From NCBI GenBank assembly GCA_037447605.1, contig CM074815.1, forward strand, positions 2,677,941 to 2,741,940: 64,000 nucleotides of DNA, read 5' to 3'. This document shows, in pieces, positions 17,079 through 29,719 of this stretch. Source of the DNA: Zygnema circumcarinatum SAG 698-1b. Lineage: Eukaryota; Plantae; Zygnematophyceae. Position 1 is the first letter of the stretch. Each line of letters opens with the position of its first letter. Both the position numbers and the translations under genes were made by a program. Below the pieces are notes generated by a model. It saw only the letters and a program-made list of their open reading frames with translations, did no database searches and was not told the origin of the DNA.

Positions 17079-17189
17079 TCTCTCTCTCTGTCTTTCCCTC
17101 TCCCTCCCCCCCTTCACTCTCTCTCTCTCCCTCTCCCGCCCCCACACACAAATCTATCTTGAGCTTATAGGGGCTTTGGATGTGCTTAC

Positions 17190-20100
17190 TACTCGTGCAT
17201 GTGAAGCTATGAGGGGAAGCCACGTGGCATTTGTCGCACGTGCACTTTCCTCTCTTTGCCCCGTCCCGCGAACAGACCCCCTTCAGCCCGCACGCTCCGC
17301 CCGGCTGCTTGGCGTCGCAGAAATTGGCGCACTCTTTGGCGGACTTTTGGGGGCCAAAGCCGGCGGAGGCTTGCAGACAGTTTCCCTGCGCTCTGACGAC
17401 CGTCGATTGCGGATCGATCTCGACGGCTGAGAAGTAGTTGTTTTGCAATTGGAGGTCGAAGCCGTCCGCGCTCGAAAAGACGACATCTCCGGAGAGATAG
17501 TTGTTGTTCACATATCTGCAGAGTTTGGAGCTTCAGGACTTAGTTTGTATGGTATGAAGCAGGGGGGAGAGAGAGGGAGAGAGAGAGAGATAATGAACGG
17601 GTTTAGGGTTTTTAGGGCAAAAAACTTACAAACTGTATATAATTGGTGGGTTCCCTGGCTCAGGCAGCCTTCCAATGAGTTCGTTATCACTCAGATTTCT
17701 GCAGGTATGTGAAACTTCATCAACTTTAGTCGACCATCATAACGTCGTCCATTCAAGGAGACAGGGATCACTTTGATTTTCATCTAAAGCATATGGAAAA
17801 GGATCGTGAATTCAATTGGTGCCTTTACTACTTGCAATCGAAGGTATGGTTTTTTTTTTTTTTTAGGTTAACCTACACCAAATCACAGTTGACGATCCAT
17901 GCAGGCACAGTTCCAGTGAGGTCGTTGGACATCAAAAATCTGCACAGACAGACAGTCAGGATCTCTGATCATTAGAATGAGAGAAAGGCAGTTCAGAAAG
18001 ATTTTTTTTTGCTGGAGTTTGAATTGGTCGCTAATACTCTATCGATCAATACAGAATATATCTGACCTTCACAGCATGTGATTATATTATTCTTTGACAT
18101 CAACCGTATGATTGACCTATGAAGAAGTGGAGTCAGAAAACCATGAAGAAGCACAGTTCTAAACAAAGCATTCAAGATACAGAGACGAGAAAGAATTCAC
18201 ATAACAAGGCATGAAGGTTTCCTTACAGCTCTCTTATCGGTTTCAGCGAACTCGAGCGTTGAGGGATAGAGCCTGAAATTTCGTTACTTGACAAGTCTCT
18301 GCAACAGCACCACCCATATCGCCTTCAGAACCATCAAAAAGATATGAAAAACGCAGAACCGATCCAAAAAGATAATGCAATGGACATCAGTCACAGATAT
18401 ACTTCATGACATCTGTCTGATAGCGCCTGTAAGCGCCATATCTGCATCCTATGAAGGTTCATAAGAACACTTCGAAGGCGGGACTAACCCTCAAGGGCAC
18501 TTACAGCAGCATTAAGCTCGGCAAATTGACGATGGCTGGCGGAATCGGTCCGGTGAGATTGTTAGCACTCAATGTTCTGCAAATGGCGCCATCAAAAAGT
18601 GCAATTTTCGGATATGGTTAACATTCTGGACAGCTTCTCAGTGGTGAAACATCGCGCGAGGAATTTTGAGGCATGCATGAGAAGAGAACTTTACATATTT
18701 CATGCAGAATGCAGAATTTTGAACATCCAGAGTGTAATTTCAAGAAAACCATAACCTTACTGAGAATACTATTCATGCATGCATGCAATGGCAGTGGTGA
18801 ATCACAGGGCTCAATCTGACAGGACTTACAAGCCGCCCAGATTTGAAAGCTGAGCAATGTCTGCTGGTATCGCTCCAACGAAATTATTTTCGCTCAGGTC
18901 TCTGTTCCAGCCATCAGCCACGGCTGCAATTAGATAGATAGCTTCAAAGCAGGCACCCGGTGAGGGAGGGAGGGAGGGAGGGAGGGAGGGAGGGAGGGCA
19001 GGGGCACCACCCGGGGAGGGAGGAAAGGGTGGGAGGAAGGGCAGGGGCACCACCCGGGGAGGGTGGGAGGGAGGGCAGGGGCACCACCCGGGGAGGCAGT
19101 AAAGGCTGGGAGGAAGGGCAGGGGCACCACCCGGGGAGGCAGTAAAGGCTGGGAGGAAGGGCAGGGGCACCACCCGGGGAGGGAGGGAAGGAAGGGCTGC
19201 TAGAAATTTAGGATGCCGAGTACGCGATAGGGACAGAATCGATATGCCGCGGAATATATCGAATGGAGTTGAAACGACATTATCGTATCGACTCGCTACG
19301 AATTGTATCGCGTTGAAATGTTGAAATTGTTTCATGACGATATATCGTATCTGTTTTATACGATATATATCGCGCCAAAGCTACTACAGGTATATCGTTA
19401 TATTCCGTAAGTATCGTTTCGTATCGATATGAAATATATCGAATGACTCGATACGATACGGACATGACTTCCTTCACAGGCAGGAGGGGTCTGGAACGCC
19501 TCTGCAGAAGGGAGCAGGTGAAAGGTTCTACTCTACTATATAATTAAATAAATAAAAAGAAATCATCATCGTCATCGTGAGAACAACTCCACATCTCCTC
19601 TCTTCCAATGAAAAAGGAGAGATAACGAGTCTTTTTGTACTTATTCAGCTTCCGCTATAGAAGGCTATAGGGAGGCTGAGCCCCTTTAGAGACATCGCCC
19701 TTGTTTTAGGGTTTTTAGGGTTTTTAGGGTTTTTAGTTGACTGAGCCAGCAAAAAAACGTACAGCGTGACCAAGTTCTTCATTTTTCCAAGTCCCTCCGG
19801 AATGCTCCCTCCCAGCGAGCACCTCCAACAGGTTCTGCCACAAAGACGCAAACAGGAAGGGAAAAAAATTTCAAATAGAGACCCTCCCAACATTCTGAGA
19901 CGCAAACCACTCGTTTTTTATCCAAATCTATCAACGCCCGCATCCCTAACTTTCAGCATGTTACGACTTCCTCTCTTCAAACTCGCAACTTCATTTGAAT
20001 TGAGTCGTTGAGTCGGCGTAGTGGGGTGAGCACTCACAGCTCCGTCAGCTCCTTTAGCGGAAGAACGTTCTCAAAGCCGGCGGTGATTCGCGCCTCGCCC

Positions 20101-23100
20101 AAGTACCTGCTCGCACAAAAATCCGTGAAACTTGTGGCGTGACGTCATGTAACAGGAACGTGACGTGATGAACAGGGACGTGACGTGACGTCACAGAGAC
20201 GTGACGTGACGAAACAGGGACGTGACGTGATGTAACAGAGACGTGACGTGATGTAACAGGAACGTGACGTGACGTAACAGAGACGTGACGTGACATAACA
20301 GGGACGTGACGTGATGTAACAGAGACGTGACGTGATGTAACAAGGACATGACGTGACGTAACAGAGACGTGACGTGACATAACAGGGACGTGGCGTGACG
20401 TAACAGAGACGTGACGTGACGTAACAGGGACGTGGCGTGACGTAACAGAGACGTGACGTAACGTAACAGGGACGTGACGTGATGTAACAGAGACGTGACG
20501 TGATGTAACAGGGACGTGACGTGATGCTACGACAAGACGTGACGTGATGCGGTATGCAACTGAATAGCAGTGCGAAACAGGAAGTGACGTGACGTGACGT
20601 GACGTGAAGTGGCGTGACGTGACGTGAAGTGGCGTGACGTGACGTGACGTGAAGTGGCGTGACGTGACGTGAAGTGGCGTGACGTGGCGTGGCGTGACAT
20701 GAAGGCGGCTCTGGATGGTTACGCGCACACGACTGATTTCAAAGGAAGCAATTGAAGCGATTGAAGGCAGGATGGTCCTCGGAGGGAACTCAGCAATGGA
20801 GAAGAGGAGCGGTTGGCATACAAAGATTTCATCTTGACCAGGTTTTGAAACTCCTTCGGAATGGGCCCCTCCAGCTTGGCCGAGCCGAGCGAGCTGAACC
20901 CACGCAAGAAAATCCACCAGCAGAATGCAAAGCATCAAAACCTGCTTTGAATTCTCGTCGAAGCGAGGGGTTAAGCGGCCAAAGTGTTGAGCTGTGGGGG
21001 GCTCTTGAGTGAAGAAAAACAGGAGCCAACGCAGCAAGCTGAAAGAATCTCTATGATAGGGAGGACACTTACAAGCTTTCTAGCTGCACATAGGAACCCA
21101 AAACGGAAGGGAAGCCTCCAGAGAATTCATTCAACGCCAAATACCTGTAAAGGGGAAAACCAAGTACAGACATACTGCACATATCAACTCAAAAATAATA
21201 GAGTCTTAAAAAATCAGGAGTAAGCACTAAATTGCTCTCCCTGCCAGAAGTCAATGCATTTTTTTTTTCAAAACTTTTTTCCGTGCTAGTCAGTTAACAG
21301 AGAATCGATGAAGGCTCAAATAACGTACAGCTCTTCCAATTTTTGGAAATTTCCCAGAAAGTCAACCAGCTCTCCAGTGAAGCTGTTATCTTGGAGGTCC
21401 CTGAGAGCCCGTCCCACAGATCGAACCCAATCCCCCGTGAGTTATTCGAACGGCTCTCTCCCCCATTTTCTCTTTCTTTCGCATCCTATCTCACTTCTCT
21501 CTCTCTCTCTCCCTCCCTCTTTCTCTCTCTCCTTTCATCCCCATAAGCGATTTGTCCGGCGAAGCAAAAGATGAGCTACGGCCTGTAAAGGAAATCCTAA
21601 AGCTCCAGAATTTCTTTAGTTTCCATGAATCCAACAAAAGCGAACCTCAAGAAGTATTTACAGCCCCTCAATCTCTGCACGTAAGTCAGTACAAACTGAA
21701 AATTCCCTTAGCTAGCGGCGACCTTAATGCTAGTATGAATGCGAGAGAATGAGAAAAAGAGAGAGAGAGAGAGAGAGCAGGTGGAGGGCTCCTCAGTCCT
21801 CACAGAAGCTCAAGATTTTTCAGCCCCTTCAAGGCATAAGGCGTTCCAGAGAAGTCGTTTTGGCCTAAGTCTCTGCTCCCTCCAATCAAGCGGCGAACTA
21901 AACGTAGCGATTAGTGGTGACTTTACAATGCCAAGAACAAGTTTTTCCATTACAAAGGAAAATGCAAAGAACTTAAATTCCAAGTTTTGCCTGTTACTTT
22001 CCCTCCTTGCTAAGGAATATAACGAAAATCGACAAGTCTGGGTGCGGAGATTGCCTCCTTGTGCTAATTTGGTACTTACAGTTCTCTCAAGTCCTTCAAG
22101 TTTTGAATTCCAACGGGAATGGTCCCATTTAGAGCACTCTTTTTCGTGCCATCAACTCCCAATTTTTGATTCGCCCAAACATCCCTGCCCAGAAAGAACC
22201 CTTAAGAAGATGAGATTTTTTGAAGCAGGTTATCTAAGACTAAGTCAAAATTATTTCGAAAGGTATAGCTGTAGGACTAGATTCTAGAGACTCAGTTTTC
22301 AGGAATCCGCAAGAAAACATTATTAGCAACTTACAGGACTTGAAGCTTGGTCAGCTTTCCAATACTGATCGGCAGCGGACCAGAGAGAGCGTTCTCTCGG
22401 AGAGACCTGCACTCAAATATTGACATGATTGACTAAATGAAGCAGATAAGCAATCGACTGCCACTATTCAAATTTCATTGCAGGAAAAAACGAAACGAAT
22501 CATCAAAAGGAAAAATCTCTGCTTTATCGATAGAAAAATAAGGGGAAGAATAGATGACTCTGATCCTTACAGAATCTCGAGGTTTACTAGGTTTCCAATG
22601 TCCGCAGGTATGCCTCCTGTGAGCTGCTGTCCAGCGATAACTCTGCACCCATCACCAACTAAACTTCTGTCAATATTGTCTCAAACTTTCAAATTGAGGA
22701 CGAGCCGAACCAAAAAAAACTGCAATTTTGTACGAGATTTAAGTGATTTGAGTCGTTGAGTCCGCTTGTCGAGTTAAAACATTCGAGTTTGCGTTAAGGC
22801 ATTTATGATCCCTAAGGAGTTCGAACGCCTATTGGGGCTTCAAAGGGTTTTACGGTAACTGTGTTTAGGGGATTTCGATGTCGTAAGGATGTATGTACTC
22901 ACAATCTCCTCAAGGAAGTGAGCTCAGTTATGCGATTCGGGATGCTTCCAGTGAGTGGGGTCGCACCAAGATTGCTGGGGAAGGACTTGCCGGCAAGTGA
23001 CCAAAACGGTACAGAGGAGAGGAACCTGCAGTCAAGAGCACCACTTTTAGAGGCAGATGGGTCGTATTCGTACCACATTCTCGTACCTCGGAACTGCCAT

Positions 23101-23197
23101 TCCTACGACTCACATTCACACCGTAACTGATTTAAGTTAAGAAATCAATTGCCGAGGGGGGGGGAGAGAGAGGGAGGGAGAGAGAGAGAGAGAGAGG

Positions 23198-23254
<57 letters not shown>

Positions 23255-24550
23255 ACAGAGAGCGATGGAGAGACAGAGAGAGAGAGAGGGAAAGAGAGCG
23301 ATGAAGAGACAGAGAGAGAGAGGAAAAGGGAGAGGGGGCGAGTGAGAGAGAGGGAGAGAGACAGAGAGAGAGAGGAGGAGAGTGAGAGAGAGGGAGAGAA
23401 AACAGCTGAAACACGTATTGCATTTGTAACAGTTAAAACTTCAAGTCTACCTTCGAGCAAAGATTCCCATAAGCATATACTAAACGAGGGACTAAAGCAC
23501 GGGCCACTCAGTGTCCGTCCAACTGAAGACATAACAATTGAAGGGATCCAGAAGTTCAAAGCAAGTTTTCAACAGGCAACCTTGTCCGAGGATCAATAGT
23601 AGAAATTCCATTCAAGTTCTTTCGAATTCAAAAGCCTCCCCTTTCTACGAAACATCTTCCCCCATAGTCATCATCTTCAACGTTCTTCCAGCAGAGCATG
23701 GTTTTACTTTTTTTCTATTTTGCGACCGAAAAAAAAAACTTGTTCAAAAAACCCACAAGGAGATGACGTTTCCTTCGTTATCACACGTCACGCCCAGCCA
23801 CTCGCTGCAATCGTTCCCCGACCACCATGACGTCAGCGGCGAGGGCCCATTGGGCTTCAACGCAATCCTCACACTCTGCAGAGCGCCTGTCCCCCCAAAG
23901 ACTCCCCCTCCTCCCGCACGTGTGAACGATAACACTTGGGGCAGCGGCATTCCAGTGCGCGCCAAATTGCAAGGGCACAGCCTTGCATGCACGGAAACGG
24001 TCCGTTTCGACGGATCAACTGAAACTGTTTCAAAACACGCTTTCATGGAAAGGCAGGTAAAGCTTACTTTGTTGTGCAGGAGCGATTGGTACGGCCGCCA
24101 CGTGTCTTGCATAGACTGGTAGAAGGACAGCGAGGATGACGTGCACCAGGGCGGTGGGAGACGACCTGCAAAGCCCCATCACAGCCATAGCCCATGGCTC
24201 AGACCCGCCATCCCATCATGCATAAAGGCCGTAGGCCATGCATACATGCAAGGTGACATGACCTCCATGGGCCATGCCTGCCAATTGCCAGGCATGCATG
24301 CCCATGCGGCCATACATGCCAAGGGCCATGGGGCCACGCATGCATGGGGCAGACACGCCAAAAGGATGTGCCGACAAGCTAACAAATGGCAAACGAGCAT
24401 GTCATAAGCCATGCTTGCATGCATGCATGCATGAACGCCATGGGTCCTTAAGCAAGTTTAACAAGTGCCATGCATGCCTTTCCAGCTAGCCAACCATTGG
24501 GGCGGGATGCTAGGGTTTAGGGCTCACGGAGACCGGCTCGCGGCAGCCAT
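17190..24550 (-). CDS. Secreted LRR protein 1: signal peptide, LRRNT, 13 single-LRR exons, Cys-rich EGF-like C-terminal module
   Basis: ATG 24550 (MAAASRSP|SSPTALVHVILAVLLPVYARHVAA). LRRNT LTSWWSGNDCSEWLGVTCD at about 23890-23760. Phase-2 exons, mostly about 72 nt, near 22975, 22650, 22405, 22185, 21400, 21145, 20890, 20105, 19835, 18900, 18595, 18300 and 17940 (e.g. DLSENNFVGAIPADIAQLSNLGGL). Exon about 17516-17190 has GNCL..ECANFC..GACGLKGVC..KCTCDKC..FTC and ends at a |gtaagc donor; a short last exon at about 16775-16731 is possible. Confidence 0.85.
20137..20700. repeat. (CGTGA)n-based minisatellite with about 25-bp higher-order unit in an LRR gene 1 intron
   Basis: Units such as gacgtgacgtgatgtaacaga/g repeated, then (cgtga)n / gtgaagtggcgtgac. 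Confidence 0.9.
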
Positions 24551-25385
24551 GGCGCTGGAGAAGAATGCGAGGCGGGCGGGCCTCAGTATGGGAGAGGAGG
24601 CCCCCTAGAGAACTAACTACAGTATGGGTGTGGGACCATGAGAGGACCACAACACGAACTTGCAATAATGAGAGGACTTTTTTGGCGGAGGAAAAGCGAG
24701 GACGGGCTGTACCGACAAAAAAATCACAGTCTTCAAGTGCCGGTTACTGAAGCCGTCCATGAGAGACCGTACGTTTTGCGTACGGAAACAAGAGCCGGCA
24801 AAGCGGCGGTTACGGAAGCGGGTATTTGGGATCTCTGCACGTGTGAATAACGAGCGGGATTGGCAGAGGGATATCTGCGATAGAAGATTTGGGGCCAAAG
24901 GAGAATCTCGAGATTTAATGGTATCTGATTAAGATGGTCTGCGTGTGACACGTGTCGATCGGGGGTGGGTGCTCGGCTGGCTGAGGCGATTCGCCGAATT
25001 TGGATTTTAGGGTTTGTACAGCGAATGGGCGGATGCCAGCTGGAAATTTTCAAATCTGGAATGAATAACGGATCGCGGTGGACTCGTACGGAGAGGACTT
25101 GATAACGACCAGGGCTGTCGGGCAAGACTGCCAGGCTGGCGCTAAGACTTCAGCGGTTTCAGAAACCCTAAGAATCAAAACCCTAAAACTCGAAACATCA
25201 ACGAGTGTTTTCATTTTTTATTTAACAAAAAAAAAGAAACGAACTAGGCTCAAACATTGTTGTTAGCAAAACCCTACGCTACAACAAGGTAACGTATTGA
25301 AATGTCTAAAAAAAAGGTCCTCCTCAAGAATTTTTTCTTGCAGACCGTTCAGATTTCGTATTAAAAAAAATATATTGAAGCGTCA

Positions 25386-26572
25386 GGGGAGTCAGACCTT
25401 GACCATTGCTTACGAAATTCCCGAATTCCATCTACTAAAAGTCACTTCGTCCGTGTACGAATTCCGGGTCGGGATCCGCCGCTCCGCCGTTCCCAGCCGT
25501 ACTAAAATGCGTACCTAATCAATGCTTAATTCGCCCGACAGACTTACGAAATTGATTCGGCGATGGTCAAGGTCCCTCTCATCCCGACCTGGATTTTTCA
25601 CACGAAACTTTCACTTTTCGTATAAGGAAGGGTAGTGATATTTCCACCCCTTTTTTGGATCCAAACACCCTTTCCCGGCCGGGCAGATTTCTAAAAGGAT
25701 TAAAAACGTAAAATGCTTTTTTCACACCTTTTTGGAATCGATACCCACCCTCCATCGGCAGATTTTATTTTTGCGAAACAAGGAAAATGATAACCCGTCA
25801 CCCCATTTTGAATATCCCGCTTACCTGAATTTCACTTTTTACTATTTGATCTGCAGTCGGGCTCGGTCACAGCGAATGGCACGTGCCCACGTATCCCGCC
25901 AAAGTCGCCTCAAAAGTTGTTTCGTACAAATGTCGTACGGTCGCAACTTTGAGGAACCCAAAATTTCGTACATTGAGAGCTTGGACCAATCAAAATTTCC
26001 ACGTCAAAAGTGTAACACGTGGCACCTGTTGATTGGCTGGGAGCTAACAATGACGAGATCTCGGGCCGATTGACGCGCGCACTCGCACGTGCGATTCGGC
26101 TTTGACGGGACTCGTGGGCGCTTTCCATTCGCTAAGATCGAGCCCGGTTGCAGATCGAACGGTGACCTGCAGTGATGCGATCTGCGAGGGAATCGACAGC
26201 TGCGATTGACACACACGTGTGAAGGACGGACACCGGCGAACAATCTCGTGGCGGACGGATCTTCCACTTCGAGCGGATTCGGGCTGGCAGATATTTCTTT
26301 CCCTCAAAAAAAAATTTCAGCTAGGCGGGATACAGTATTCAAAATGCAGTGACGGGGTATCATTTTCCTTGGTTAGCAAAAATAAAATCAGCCGACGGAA
26401 GAAGGTGGGTATCGATTCCAAAAAGGTGTGAAAAAAGCATTTTCCGTTTTTAATCCCTTTTGAAATCTGCCCGGCCGGGAAGGGGTGTTTGGATCCAAAA
26501 AAGGGGTGGAAATATCACTACCCATAAGGAATTCGGGAATTTCGTAAGCGATGGTCAAGGTCTGACTCCCCC
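25386..26572. mobile_element. Non-autonomous long-TIR (Mutator-like/foldback) DNA element, about 1.2 kb
   Basis: Left ggggagtcagaccttgaccattgcttacgaaattcccgaattcc versus right ggaattcgggaatttcgtaagcgatggtcaaggtctgactcccc. Further inverted similarity between 25622-25835 and 26310-26530. No clear TSD, no transposase. Related pieces at about 15090-15250, 35640-35750 and 35888-36177. Confidence 0.7.
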
Positions 26573-26797
26573 TATTGACTCAAAATGTCACCTGTCACTA
26601 AGATGTCACCTGATCTGACAAGAATCAAAAATCAGTAAACGACACGTCTTGACCGTACAATGTCTCACTGGCAGACAAATTTGTCAGTTGACCGTTCGAC
26701 GCCGACGATCCGGAACGGACCGGAAGGTATCCGAACAGTGGCACTCGGTCAAGAAACTGTTGTACGGAACTAGAGACCGTACACCGTTTTGGACATA

Positions 26798-27303
26798 CAG
26801 TAGGACCCCATCATATTTTCCACCTCAACATTTGCGTCACCAATAAATTCGCACCAATTTTGCCGAAACCACTTTTTTGTACGGTAACTTCATGTTAGCC
26901 GTACAAACCGTACTAACCGTACTAACCGTACTAGCCGTACTAGCTGTACTAGCCGTCACGGGCTTACGCAAAACACACCTATTCTCCCCGCACGTGCCGC
27001 CGTCAGAGGCGCTCGCTCTTCTCCCCTTCTTCTTGGATTCGATACGATACGATACGGTACGATACAATAAGAAACTCCCCGATACGGTACTATCCGTACT
27101 AGCTGTAGTAGCCGATGCTAAACGATACAGTACGATACAGTACGATACGGTACGATATAGTGCGATACGATACGTACGGACTCACATAAACTCTAACGTA
27201 ATACCGCCCGTCTATTGGTAACACAGACCTGATATTTGCCAAAAACAATATTTTCGCCGGATTTTCGCGAAACCCAGGTGGAAAATATGATGGGGTCCTA
27301 CTG
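26798..27303. mobile_element. Tc1/mariner(pogo)-type MITE
   Basis: Perfect 28-bp TIR CAGTAGGACCCCATCATATTTTCCACCT, flanked by TA on both sides. Confidence 0.9.
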
Positions 27304-27305
27304 TA

Positions 27306-27839
27306 CAGTCGGCGGTCCTCGTATTTACCACGCCAAGGAGTGCGCCCTCAATATTTTCGCCCCAATTTTGCCGAAACCACTTTTTTGTACGGTAACTTGT
27401 GCTAGCCGTACTGTCCGTACTGTCTGTACTATCCGTTACGGGCTTACGCAAAACTCACCTAATCTCCCCGCTCGTGCCGCCGTAAGAGGCGCTCGCTCTT
27501 CTCCCCGTCTTCTTGACTTCGATACGATACGATACGATATGTTCAATACGATACGAAACTCCCCGATACGGTACTATCCGTAGTACGGCATCATCAATGA
27601 GACGAACAACATAGTCCTAAAAACTCCGCTTATGCGTCACGATATGTCACGATACGATACGATGCTAAATGATACAGTACGATACGGTACGATATTGTAC
27701 GGTAGGCTACGTACGGTCCAACATGAACTCTAACATAATACCGCCCGTCTATTCGTAACACGAACCTTATATATGCAAATTTAATATTTTCGCCTCATTT
27801 TACCCGGAACAAGGGTGGAAAATATGAGGACCCTGACTG
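27306..27839. mobile_element. Second, more degenerate Tc1/pogo-type MITE abutting the first at the same TA
   Basis: Left CAGTCGGCGGTCCTCGTATTT, right aaatatgaggaccctgactg; internal sequence parallels 26798-27303. Confidence 0.65.
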
Positions 27840-27862
27840 ACTCTCTAGACTCTCTAGACTGA

Positions 27863-28256
27863 GGGTGGGGGTCCATCAGCGTTTGCCTGTACCGCCACAT
27901 CGGATTAGAGTCATGAAGGGAGAATTGCGGGTTCCATCAGAGGTCACGCGAGCCAATCAGCGGACGCCACGCTGCGGCGCACGATTGGCCACGCCAGGGC
28001 GGCTGTGCGCCAGCGTGGCCGCCGTACCCCCGTGGCATCTCGAACGGATCTTCAACGCCACGCGGCGGCGCACGATTGGAAAACTCAGGCGTACTTCCCC
28101 AAAACTCACTTCAGAGGGTATGTTCTGGGGAACTACGCCTGTACCTCCACGTCGGGCCTAGTCGGTCCTAGTCGGCGCCACGACGGCGCCACATCATCCT
28201 CCAAAACTACGCCTGTACCTCCACGTCGGCGAAAAAACGCTGATGGACCCCCACCC
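27863..28256. mobile_element. PIF/Harbinger (Tourist-like) MITE
   Basis: TIR GGGTGGGGGTCCATCAGCGTTT / AAACGCTGATGGACCCCCACCC with 3-bp TSD TGA on both sides. Confidence 0.85.
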
Positions 28257-28381
28257 TGAGACTGTAGACTCTCTAGCGGATAACGAACTAGACGCGGAGC
28301 ATGAAGCGACAAGGTCAAGGTTGGTCGCGCGAACAATGCGACGCGATAAGTTCCGGGACCGTGACGTGACGAATCGGAGTA

Positions 28382-29042
28382 TTCGCGCGCGCGGCGCGAC
28401 GTGTCAAGTTTCGGGCGAAACGAGCGGGGGCGCGCACGGGCGCGCGAAACTGTACGGACGCCAAACGAAAAAAAAAAACATCGAATTGGCGGACGGCGAT
28501 GCGCTACGCGAGCGCGGCCGGAATTCGGACGGCAGCCGGAAAAGCGCTAAGGGCCGTAGAGACAGACGTCATGGTCCTTGCACGCCGGCGGACGTGACAC
28601 GGGTCACGTGCTGCTGCACCTACATAAGCTGCCTTGCAGCGCTACTTTTCATAACCTCCATACTCACAATAGAAACAGTGTGCAGCAGGATGAAACGTTC
28701 AAGAACCTCATAGTGACACCAATGGAGGGTGTGTAGCGAGCTGAGGGAGTATGTAGTCGGAGGTGTGCTATCATAAGGACAAGTAAGTGGAGTAGTGTAA
28801 GCAAGGTGTAGTAGTGTGGCACTGCTAAATTCCTTTGTACACATTCCAATAAAATAGGAGTTTTATGCCTAGTGGGCCTTTCCTTATCCTGCTGTTCATT
28901 CTTATCTCTTGCACATATGTCTTGAGCATTCTTGTCGTGAACTACTGCATAAAAGATGTCAACGATCAGTGAAACAGGTGGAGGCGACTTGGTAGAGGGG
29001 AGATTCGCCATGTCCGAATCTCCAACAAGTGGTATCAGAGCC
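28382..29042 (+). mobile_element. 5' LTR (start uncertain) plus tRNA-iMet primer-binding site of a degenerate LTR retrotransposon
   Basis: ...TCCAACA (29027) ag TGGTATCAGAGCC (29030-29042) is the canonical iMet PBS; same orientation as the integrase relic at 30221. Confidence 0.6.
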
Positions 29043-29096
29043 ACATCGAGTGGTATCTGATTCACAACACTAATGTTCCGAGAATAGGTCGCGGTC

Positions 29097-29541
29097 TATA
29101 ACAAACCTGCCCTCAACAGGGTTCAAACACAAGACCTCCCGATACCCACACCAGTGTTTCACCATTAAAAGGCAACCGCGGATGTAAGTACTAGGCCATA
29201 CAACCCATGTATAGTGTTTCGCTACATTCCTCCTCACCTAAACTGGGCTCGTCCTCGAGCGCACTCAAGGGTTTTTACAAGCAGCGTTCAAGCTCCTTCA
29301 ACACATGAGGGGACCGTACGGTTCAGACCCTCTAGCCAACCATACCATGCTCAGAAATCACGGTGTTTTTAGGGTGGATCACAAATACCGGGCGTTAGGC
29401 TTTGATACCAATGTAACAAACCCGCCCTCAGCAGGGTTCGAACACAAGACCTCTTGATACCCACACCAATGTTTTACCATTAAAAGGCAATCGTGGATGT
29501 AAGTACTAGGCCATACAACCCATGTATAGCGTTTTGCTACA
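29097..29541 (-). mobile_element. TRIM (terminal-repeat retrotransposon in miniature), 445 bp, with tRNA-like module in each LTR
   Basis: Two 130-bp LTRs (29097-29226, 29412-29541; TGTAGC...GTTACA), minus-strand PBS TGGTATCAAAGCC (29410-29398), PPT-like GGTGAGGAGGAA abutting the 3' LTR, and a 185-bp non-coding interior. Flanks cggtc/tgatc differ only by two transitions. Confidence 0.9.
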
Positions 29542-29719
29542 TGATCGGTGCACTCTACTACAACATAGGTCGGCCTCCGACTAACAATATAGGTTAGTAC
29601 AAACGATGTAGGTCAATTCATTAGGAGTGTTTTACACAGTAATATATGGTTATATCAAGATATATCTCAATGCATCGCAAAATATTGATTTAGTACAGAC
29701 ATTGGACTGAAAAACCGTA

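Noticed and set aside
21739-22287. 182-aa plus-strand ORF
   Set aside because: Antisense to an LRR exon and intron of gene 1; no motif.
29412-29500. Functional tRNA-Pro gene
   Set aside because: Anticodon and T stems are partly mismatched and there is no acceptor stem; it lies within both LTRs, so it is treated as tRNA-derived only.
29490-29520. 5S rRNA (Cassandra) segment suggested by AGTACTAGG
   Set aside because: Only a 9-nt match, on the strand opposite to the PBS orientation, with no flanking 5S A-box or C-box sequence.
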